DNA of 64,000 nucleotides from Eledone cirrhosa (lineage: Eukaryota). Made by a program: the position numbers and the translations under genes. The stretch lies in the NCBI GenBank assembly GCA_964016885.1, contig OZ024745.1:59582001-59646000 (forward strand), in the 5' to 3' direction. Of this stretch, positions 54,401 to 64,000 are shown in pieces (the stretch's first letter is position 1; every line of letters begins with the position of its first letter). Under the pieces are notes generated by a model, which was not told the origin of the DNA, ran no database searches, and saw only the letters and a program-made list of their open reading frames with translations.

Positions 54401-57400
54401 GGAGTGAAAACCTCGACTTGGAGTGAGAACCTCGCCTTGGAGTGAAAACCTCGACTTTGAGTGAGAACCTCGATTGGAGTGAAAACCTCGACTTGGAGTG
54501 AGAACCTCGACTTGGAGTGAAAACCTCGACTTGGAGTGAGAACCTCGACTTGGAGTGAAAACCTCGACTTGGAGTGAAAACCTCGGCTTGGAGTGAAAAC
54601 CTCGACTTGGAGTGAAAACCTCGGCTTGGAGTGAAAACCTCGACTTGGAGTGAAAACCTCGACTTGGAGTGAAAACCTCGACTTGGAGTGAGAACCTCGA
54701 GTTGGAGTGAGAACCTCGAGTTGGAGTGAGAACCTCGACTTGGAGTGAAAACCTCGACATGGAGTGAGAACCTCGACTTGGAGTGAAAACCTCGACATGG
54801 AGTGAAAACCGCGACTTGGAGTGAGAACCTCGTCTTGGAGTGAAAACCGCGACTTGGAGTGAGAACCTCGTCTTGGAGTGAAAACCTCGACTTGGAGTGA
54901 AAACCTCGACTTGGAGTGAGAACCTCGACTTGGAGTGAAAACCTCGACTTGGAGTGAAAACCTCGGCTTGGAGTGAAAACCTCGACTTGGAGTGAAAACC
55001 TCGGCTTGGAGTGAAAACCTCGACTTGGAGTGAAAACCTCGACTTGGAGTGAGAACCTCGAGTTGGAGTGAGAACCTCGAGTTGGAGTGAGAACCTCGAC
55101 TTGGAGTGAAAACCTCGACATGGAGTGAGAACCTCGACTTGGAGTGAAAACCTCGACATGGAGTGAAAACCGCGACTTGGAGTGAGAACCTCGTCTTGGA
55201 GTGAAAACCGCGACTTGGAGTGAGAACCTCGTCTTGGAGTGAAAACCTCGACTTGGAGTGAAAACCTCGACTTGGAGTGAGAACCTCGACTTGGAGTGAA
55301 AACCTCGACTTGGAGTGAGAACCTCGCCTTGGAGTGAAAACCTCGACTTTGAGTGAGAACCTCGATTGGAGTGAAAACCTCGACTTGGAGTGAGAACCTC
55401 GACTTGGAGTGAAAACCTCGACTTGGAGTGAGAACCTCGACTTGGAGTGAAAACCTCGACTTGGAGTGAAAACCTCGACTTGGAGTGAAAACCTCGACTT
55501 GGAGTGAAAACCTCGACTTGGAGTGAAAACCTCGACTTGGAGTGAGAACCTCGACTTGGAGTGAAAACCTCGACTTGGAGTGAGAACCTCGACTTGGAGT
55601 GAGAACCTCGATTTGGAGTGAAAACCTCGACTTGGAGTGAAAACCTCGACTTGGAGTGAGAACCTCGACTTGGAGTGAAAACCTCGACTTGGAGTGAGAA
55701 CCTCGCCTTGGAGTGAAAACCTCGACTTTGAGTGAGAACCTCGATTGGAGTGAAAACCTCGACTTGGAGTGAAAACCTCGACTTGGAGTGAGAACATCGA
55801 CTTGGAGTGAGAACCGCGACTTGGAGTGAAAACCTCGATTTGGAGTGAAAACCTCGACTTGGAGTGAAAACCTCGACTTGGAGTGAAAACCTCGATTTGG
55901 AGTGAAAACCTCGATTTGGAGTGAAAACCTCGACTTGGAGTGAGAACCTCGACTTGGAGTGAGAACCTCGAGTTGGAGTGAGAACCTCGACTTGGAGTGA
56001 AAACCTCGACTTGGAGTGAGAACCTCGACTTGGAGTGAAAACCTCGACTTGGAGTGAAAACCTCGACTTGGAGTGAGAACCTCGACTTGGAGTGAAAACC
56101 TCGACTTGGAGTGAAAACCTCGACTTGGAGTGAAAACCTCGACTTGGAGTGAGAACCTCGACTTGGAGTGAAAACCTCGACTTGGAGTGAAAACCTCGAC
56201 TTGGAGTGAAAACCTCGACTTGGAGTGAAAACCTAGACTTGGAGTGAAAACCTCGATTTGGAGTGAAAACCTCGACTTGGAGTGAGAACCTCGACTTGGA
56301 GTGAGAACCTCGACTTGGAGTGAGAACCTCGAGTTGGAGTGAGAACCTCGACTTGGAGTGAGAACCTCGAGTTGGAGTGAGAACCTCGACTTGGAGTGAG
56401 AACCTCGAGTTGGAGTGAGAACCTCGACTTGGAGTGAAAACCTCGACTTGGAGTGAGAACCTCGACTTGGAGTGAAAACCTCGACTTGGAGTGAGAACCT
56501 CGACTTGGAGTGAAAACCGCGACTTGGAGTGAAAACCGCGACTTGGAGTGAGAACCTCGACTTGGAGTGAAAACCTCGACTTGGAGTGAAAACCTCGACT
56601 TGGAGTGAGAACCTCGACTTGGAGTGAAAACCTCGACTTGGAGTGAGAACCTCGACTTGGAGTGAAAACCTCGACTTGGAGTGAGAACCTCGCCTTGGAG
56701 TGAAAACCTCGACTTTGAGTGAGAACCTCGATTGGAGTGAAAACCTCGACTTGGAGTGAGAACCTCGACTTGGAGTGAAAACCTCGACTTGGAGTGAGAA
56801 CCTCGACTTGGAGTGAAAACCTCGACTTGGAGTGAAAACCTCGGCTTGGAGTGAAAACCTCGACTTGGAGTGAAAACCTCGACTTGGAGTGAAAACCTCG
56901 ACTTGGAGTGAGAACCTCGAGTTGGAGTGAGAACCTCGACTTGGAGTGAGAACCTCGACTTGGAGTGAAAACCTCGACATGGAGTGAGAACCTCGACTTG
57001 GAGTGAAAACCTCGACATGGAGTGAAAACCGCGACTTGGAGTGAGAACCTCGTCTTGGAGTGAAAACCGCGACTTGGAGTGAGAACCTCGTCTTGGAGTG
57101 AAAACCTCGACTTGGAGTGAGAACCTCGTCTTGGAGTGAAAACCTCGACTTGGAGTGAAAACCTCGACTTGGAGTGAGAACCTCGACTTGGAGTGAAAAC
57201 CTCGACTTGGAGTGAGAACCTCGATTGGAGTGAAAACCTCGACTTGGAGTGAGAACCTCGACTTGGAGTGAAAACCTCGACTTGGAGTGAGAACCTCGAC
57301 TTGGAGTGAAAACCTCGACTTGGAGTGAAAACCTCGACTTGGAGTGAAAACCTCGACTTGGAGTGAAAACCTCGACTTGGAGTGAAAACCTCGACTTGGA

Positions 57401-60400
57401 GTGAGAACCTCGACTTGGAGTGAAAACCTCGACTTGGAGTGAGAACCTCGACTTGGAGTGAGAACCTCGATTTGGAGTGAAAACCTCGACTTGGAGTGAA
57501 AACCTCGACTTGGAGTGAGAACCTCGACTTGGAGTGAAAACCTCGACTTGGAGTGAGAACCTCGCCTTGGAGTGAAAACCTCGACTTTGAGTGAGAACCT
57601 CGATTGGAGTGAAAACCTCGACTTGGAGTGAAAACCTCGACTTGGAGTGAGAACCTCGACTTGGAGTGAAAACCTCGACGTGGAGTGAAAACCTCGACTT
57701 GGAGTGAAAACCTCGACTTGGAGTGAAAACCTCGACTTGGAGTGAAAACCTCGACTTGGAGTGAGAACCTCGACTTGGAGTGAGAACCTCGACTTGGAGT
57801 GAGAACCTCGACTTGGAGTGAGAACCTCGACTTGGAGTGAAAACCTCGACTTGGAGTGAGAACCTCGACTTGGAGTGAAAACCTCGACTTGGAGTGAGAA
57901 CCTCGACTTGGAGTGAAAACCTCGACTTGGAGTGAAAACCTCGACTTGGAGTGAGAACCTCGACTTGGAGTGAAAACCTCGACTTGGAGTGAGAACCTCG
58001 ACTTGGAGTGAAAACCGCGACTTGGAGTGAGAACCTCGACTTGGAGTGAGAACCGCGACTTGGAGTGAGAACCTCGACTTGGAGTGAGAACCTCGACTTG
58101 GAGTGAAAACCGCGACTTGGAGTGAGAACCTCGACTTGGAGTGAAAACCTCGACTTGGAGTGAGAACCTCGACTTGGAGTGAAAACCTCGACTTGGAGTG
58201 AGAACCTCGACTTGGAGTGAAAACCTCGACTTGGAGTGAGAACCTCGACTTGGAGTGAAAACCTCGACTTGGAGTGAAAACCTCGACTTGGAGTGAAAAC
58301 CTCGACTTGGAGTGAGAACCTCGACTTGGAGTGAAAACCTCGACTTGGAGTGAGAACCTCGACTTGGAGTGAAAACCTCGACTTGGAGTGAGAACCTCGA
58401 CTTGGAGTGAAAACCTCGACTTGGAGTGAAAACCTCGACTTGGAGTGAAAACCTCGACTTGGAGTGAAAACCTCGACTTGGAGTGAAAACCTCGCCTTGG
58501 AGTGAAAACCTCGACTTGGAGTGAGAACCTCGCCTTGGAGTGAAAACCTCGACTTGGAGTGAGAACCTCGATTTGGAGTGAAAACCTCGACTTGGAGTGA
58601 AAACCTCGATTTGGAGTGAAAACCTCGATTTGGAGTGAAAACCTCGATTTGGAGTGAAAACCTCGACTTGGAGTGAAAACCTCGACTTGGAGTGAGAACC
58701 TCGACTTGGAGTGAGAACCTCGAGTTGGAGTGAGAACCTCGACTTGGAGTGAGAACCTCGACTTGGAGTGAGAACCGCGACTTGGAGTGAGAACCTCGAC
58801 TTGGAGTGAGAACCTCGACTTGGAGTGAAAACCTCGACTTGGAGTGAAAACCTCGATTTGGAGTGAAAACCTCGATTTGGAGTGAAAACCTCGACTTGGA
58901 GTGAGAACCTCGACTTGGAGTGAGAACCTCGAGTTGGAGTGAGAACCTCGACTTGGAGTGAAAACCTCGACTTGGAGTGAGAACCTCGACTTGGAGTGAA
59001 AACCTCGACTTGGAGTGAAAACCTCGACTTGGAGTGAGAACCTCGACTTGGAGTGAAAACCTCGACTTGGAGTGAAAACCTCGACTTGGAGTGAAAACCT
59101 CGACTTGGAGTGAGAACCTCGCCTTGGAGTGAAAACCTCGACTTGGAGTGAGAACCTCGCCTTGGAGTGAAAACCTCGACTTGGAGTGAAAACCTCGACT
59201 TGGAGTGAAAACCTCGACTTGGAGTGAAAACCTAGACTTGGAGTGAAAACCTCGATTTGGAGTGAAAACCTCGACTTGGAGTGAGAACCTCGACTTGGAG
59301 TGAAAACCTCGATTTGGAGTGAAAACCTCGACTTGGAGTGAGAACCTCGACTTGGAGTGAGAACCTCGACTTGGAGTGAGAACCTCGAGTTGGAGTGAGA
59401 ACCTCGACTTGGAGTGAGAACCTCGAGTTGGAGTGAGAACCTCGACTTGGAGTGAGAACCTCGAGTTGGAGTGAGAACCTCGACTTGGAGTGAAAACCTC
59501 GACTTGGAGTGAGAACCTCGACTTGGAGTGAAAACCTCGACTTGGAGTGAGAACCTCGACTTGGAGTGAAAACCGCGACTTGGAGTGAAAACCGCGACTT
59601 GGAGTGAGAACCTCGACTTGGAGTGAAAACCTCGACTTGGAGTGAAAACCTCGACTTGGAGTGAGAACCTCGACTTGGAGTGAAAACCTCGACTTGGAGT
59701 GAGAACCTCGACTTGGAGTGAAAACCTCGACTTGGAGTGAGAACCTCGCCTTGGAGTGAAAACCTCGACTTTGAGTGAGAACCTCGATTGGAGTGAAAAC
59801 CTCGACTTGGAGTGAGAACCTCGACTTGGAGTGAAAACCTCGACTTGGAGTGAGAACCTCGACTTGGAGTGAAAACCTCGACTTGGAGTGAAAACCTCGG
59901 CTTGGAGTGAAAACCTCGACTTGGAGTGAAAACCTCGACTTGGAGTGAAAACCTCGACTTGGAGTGAGAACCTCGAGTTGGAGTGAGAACCTCGACTTGG
60001 AGTGAGAACCTCGACTTGGAGTGAAAACCTCGACATGGAGTGAGAACCTCGACTTGGAGTGAAAACCTCGACATGGAGTGAAAACCGCGACTTGGAGTGA
60101 GAACCTCGTCTTGGAGTGAAAACCGCGACTTGGAGTGAGAACCTCGTCTTGGAGTGAAAACCTCGACTTGGAGTGAAAACCTCGACTTGGAGTGAGAACC
60201 TCGACTTGGAGTGAAAACCTCGACTTGGAGTGAGAACCTCGCCTTGGAGTGAAAACCTCGACTTGGAGTGAGAACCTCGATTGGAGTGAAAACCTCGACT
60301 TGGAGTGAGAACCTCGACTTGGAGTGAAAACCTCGACTTGGAGTGAGAACCTCGACTTGGAGTGAAAACCTCGACTTGGAGTGAAAACCTCGACTTGGAG

Positions 60401-63400
60401 TGAAAACCTCGACTTGGAGTGAAAACCTCGACTTGGAGTGAAAACCTCGACTTGGAGTGAGAACCTCGACTTGGAGTGAAAACCTCGACTTGGAGTGAGA
60501 ACCTCGACTTGGAGTGAGAACCTCGATTTGGAGTGAAAACCTCGACTTGGAGTGAAAACCTCGACTTGGAGTGAGAACCTCGACTTGGAGTGAAAACCTC
60601 GACTTGGAGTGAGAACCTCGCCTTGGAGTGAAAACCTCGACTTTGAGTGAGAACCTCGATTGGAGTGAAAACCTCGACTTGGAGTGAAAACCTCGACTTG
60701 GAGTGAGAACCTCGACTTGGAGTGAAAACCTCGACGTGGAGTGAAAACCTCGACTTGGAGTGAAAACCTCGACTTGGAGTGAAAACCTCGACTTGGAGTG
60801 AAAACCTCGACTTGGAGTGAGAACCTCGACTTGGAGTGAGAACCTCGACTTGGAGTGAGAACCTCGACTTGGAGTGAGAACCTCGACTTGGAGTGAAAAC
60901 CTCGACTTGGAGTGAGAACCTCGACTTGGAGTGAAAACCTCGACTTGGAGTGAGAACCTCGACTTGGAGTGAAAACCTCGACTTGGAGTGAAAACCTCGA
61001 CTTGGAGTGAGAACCTCGACTTGGAGTGAAAACCTCGACTTGGAGTGAGAACCTCGACTTGGAGTGAAAACCGCGACTTGGAGTGAGAACCTCGACTTGG
61101 AGTGAGAACCGCGACTTGGAGTGAGAACCTCGACTTGGAGTGAGAACCTCGACTTGGAGTGAAAACCGCGACTTGGAGTGAGAACCTCGACTTGGAGTGA
61201 AAACCTCGACTTGGAGTGAGAACCTCGACTTGGAGTGAAAACCTCGACTTGGAGTGAGAACCTCGACTTGGAGTGAAAACCTCGACTTGGAGTGAGAACC
61301 TCGACTTGGAGTGAAAACCTCGACTTGGAGTGAAAACCTCGACTTGGAGTGAAAACCTCGACTTGGAGTGAGAACCTCGACTTGGAGTGAAAACCTCGAC
61401 TTGGAGTGAGAACCTCGACTTGGAGTGAAAACCTCGACTTGGAGTGAGAACCTCGACTTGGAGTGAAAACCTCGACTTGGAGTGAAAACCTCGACTTGGA
61501 GTGAAAACCTCGACTTGGAGTGAAAACCTCGACTTGGAGTGAAAACCTCGCCTTGGAGTGAAAACCTCGACTTGGAGTGAGAACCTCGCCTTGGAGTGAA
61601 AACCTCGACTTGGAGTGAGAACCTCGATTTGGAGTGAAAACCTCGACTTGGAGTGAAAACCTCGATTTGGAGTGAAAACCTCGATTTGGAGTGAAAACCT
61701 CGATTTGGAGTGAAAACCTCGACTTGGAGTGAAAACCTCGACTTGGAGTGAGAACCTCGACTTGGAGTGAGAACCTCGAGTTGGAGTGAGAACCTCGACT
61801 TGGAGTGAGAACCTCGACTTGGAGTGAGAACCGCGACTTGGAGTGAGAACCTCGACTTGGAGTGAGAACCTCGACTTGGAGTGAAAACCTCGACTTGGAG
61901 TGAAAACCTCGATTTGGAGTGAAAACCTCGATTTGGAGTGAAAACCTCGACTTGGAGTGAGAACCTCGACTTGGAGTGAGAACCTCGAGTTGGAGTGAGA
62001 ACCTCGACTTGGAGTGAAAACCTCGACTTGGAGTGAGAACCTCGACTTGGAGTGAAAACCTCGACTTGGAGTGAAAACCTCGACTTGGAGTGAGAACCTC
62101 GACTTGGAGTGAAAACCTCGACTTGGAGTGAAAACCTCGACTTGGAGTGAAAACCTCGACTTGGAGTGAGAACCTCGCCTTGGAGTGAAAACCTCGACTT
62201 GGAGTGAAAACCTCGACTTGGAGTGAAAACCTCGACTTGGAGTGAAAACCTAGACTTGGAGTGAAAACCTCGATTTGGAGTGAAAACCTCGACTTGGAGT
62301 GAGAACCTCGACTTGGAGTGAAAACCTCGATTTGGAGTGAAAACCTCGACTTGGAGTGAGAACCTCGACTTGGAGTGAGAACCTCGACTTGGAGTGAGAA
62401 CCTCGAGTTGGAGTGAGAACCTCGACTTGGAGTGAGAACCTCGAGTTGGAGTGAGAACCTCGACTTGGAGTGAGAACCTCGACTTGGAGTGAAAACCGCG
62501 ACTTGGAGTGAAAACCGCGACTTGGAGTGAGAACCTCGACTTGGAGTGAAAACCTCGACTTGGAGTGAAAACCTCGACTTGGAGTGAGAACCTCGACTTG
62601 GAGTGAAAACCTCGACTTGGAGTGAGAACCTCGACTTGGAGTGAAAACCTCGACTTGGAGTGAGAACCTCGCCTTGGAGTGAAAACCTCGACTTTGAGTG
62701 AGAACCTCGATTGGAGTGAAAACCTCGACTTGGAGTGAGAACCTCGACTTGGAGTGAAAACCTCGACTTGGAGTGAGAACCTCGACTTGGAGTGAAAACC
62801 TCGACTTGGAGTGAAAACCTCGGCTTGGAGTGAAAACCTCGACTTGGAGTGAAAACCTCGGCTTGGAGTGAAAACCTCGACTTGGAGTGAAAACCTCGAG
62901 TTGGAGTGAAAACCTCGACTTGGAGTGAGAACCTCGACTTGGAGTGAAAACCGCGACTTGGAGTGAAAACCGCGACTTGGAGTGAGAACCTCGACTTGGA
63001 GTGAAAACCTCGACTTGGAGTGAAAACCTCGACTTGGAGTGAGAACCTCGACTTGGAGTGAAAACCTCGACTTGGAGTGAGAACCTCGACTTGGAGTGAA
63101 AACCTCGACTTGGAGTGAGAACCTCGCCTTGGAGTGAAAACCTCGACTTTGAGAGAGAACCTCGATTGGAGTGAAAACCTCGACTTGGAGTGAGAACCTC
63201 GACTTGGAGTGAAAACCTCGACTTGGAGTGAGAACCTCGACTTGGAGTGAAAACCTCGACTTGGAGTGAAAACCTCGGCTTGGAGTGAAAACCTCGACTT
63301 GGAGTGAAAACCTCGGCTTGGAGTGAAAACCTCGACTTGGAGTGAAAACCTCGACTTGGAGTGAAAACCTCGACTTGGAGTGAGAACCTCGAGTTGGAGT

Positions 63401-64000
63401 GAGAACCTCGACTTGGAGTGAGAACCTCGACTTGGAGTGAAAACCTCGACATGGAGTGAGAACCTCGACTTGGAGTGAAAACCTCGACATGGAGTGAAAA
63501 CCGCGACTTGGAGTGAGAACCTCGTCTTGGAGTGAAAACCGCGACTTGGAGTGAGAACCTCGTCTTGGAGTGAAAACCTCGACTTGGAGTGAAAACCTCG
63601 ACTTGGAGTGAGAACCTCGACTTGGAGTGAAAACCTCGACTTGGAGTGAGAACCTCGCCTTGGAGTGAAAACCTCGACTTGGAGTGAGAACCTCGATTGG
63701 AGTGAAAACCTCGACTTGGAGTGAGAACCTCGACTTGGAGTGAAAACCTCGACTTGGAGTGAGAACCTCGACTTGGAGTGAAAACCTCGACTTGGAGTGA
63801 AAACCTCGACTTGGAGTGAAAACCTCGACTTGGAGTGAAAACCTCGACTTGGAGTGAAAACCTCGACTTGGAGTGAGAACCTCGACTTGGAGTGAAAACC
63901 TCGACTTGGAGTGAGAACCTCGACTTGGAGTGAGAACCTCGATTTGGAGTGAAAACCTCGACTTGGAGTGAAAACCTCGACTTGGAGTGAGAACCTCGAC
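51500..64000. repeat. HOR domain with units of about 1.9-3.4 kb; cleanest pair about 3.02-3.06 kb
   Basis: The cassette gacatgg-x-gacatgg-ccgcg-cgtctt-ccgcg-cgtctt occurs at about 52804, 54758, 55119, 56978, 60034 and 63450. gacgtgg 57680/60736 is offset by 3056. cctaga occurs at 53918, 56233, 59232 and 62250. Confidence 0.82.

Larger units (their letters stand above)
1..64000. repeat. 19-bp tandem satellite array, consensus GACTTGGAGTGA(A/G)AACCTC, about 3,370 monomers, single orientation
   Basis: The motif ttggagtgaRaacctcgac recurs every 19 bp from the first line to the last. I saw no non-repeat insertion and no inversion. Deviations are single substitutions, 1-bp deletions and one 3-bp insertion. 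Confidence 0.99.

Noticed and set aside
1076-63490. Giant minus-strand ORFs (up to 3190 aa) as protein-coding genes
   Set aside because: They overlap in all three frames and encode the same 19-aa repeat. They start and stop only at sporadic repeat variants and have no unique domain or flanking signals. This is what a stop-free 19-mer produces.
1-64000. CRISPR array
   Set aside because: The repeats are directly adjacent with no unique spacers, and there is no leader or cas gene.
1-64000. Canonical telomerase-synthesised telomere tract
   Set aside because: There is no GGG run or strong G/C strand skew. Rare variants are propagated in kilobase-scale duplicated patterns, which points to recombination or replication-based copying rather than repeat-by-repeat template addition. 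A recombination-maintained terminal or subtelomeric location is not excluded.
1-64000. Plasmid iterons or a transcription-factor operator array
   Set aside because: The monomer size is iteron-like, but there are thousands of copies, no rep gene or AT-rich origin, and no unique sequence.
1-64000. Pure sequencing or assembly artefact, or synthetic concatemer
   Set aside because: Nested duplications with private substitutions and whole-monomer gains and losses look like natural satellite evolution. Individual near-identical duplicates could still be misassembled and need read validation.
1-64000. Hidden insertion, inversion or transposon remnant within the array
   Set aside because: Reading through the window I found no stretch departing from the 19-mer by more than a few bases, and no reverse-orientation monomers.

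Overview
The whole 64-kb window is one uninterrupted head-to-tail tandem array of a 19-bp monomer, consensus GACTTGGAGTGARAACCTC (reverse complement GAGGTTYTCACTCCAAGTC). That is about 3,370 copies (64000/19) at roughly 50% GC, and the array runs off both ends of the window. One position is nearly binary (GTGAAAACC vs GTGAGAACC). Rarer point variants and 1-bp deletions act as markers. They reveal 38-bp dimer amplification, conserved multi-monomer cassettes, and nested duplications or higher-order repeats (HORs) of about 0.36 to 13 kb. I found no genes, RNA genes, mobile elements, CRISPR spacers or unique sequence. The giant minus-strand ORFs follow arithmetically from a stop-free 19-mer and are not credible genes. 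The best reading is satellite or macro-minisatellite DNA, possibly centromeric, subtelomeric or telomere-like. I do not recognise the family or the organism. Offsets between markers were counted by eye; block boundaries are approximate.
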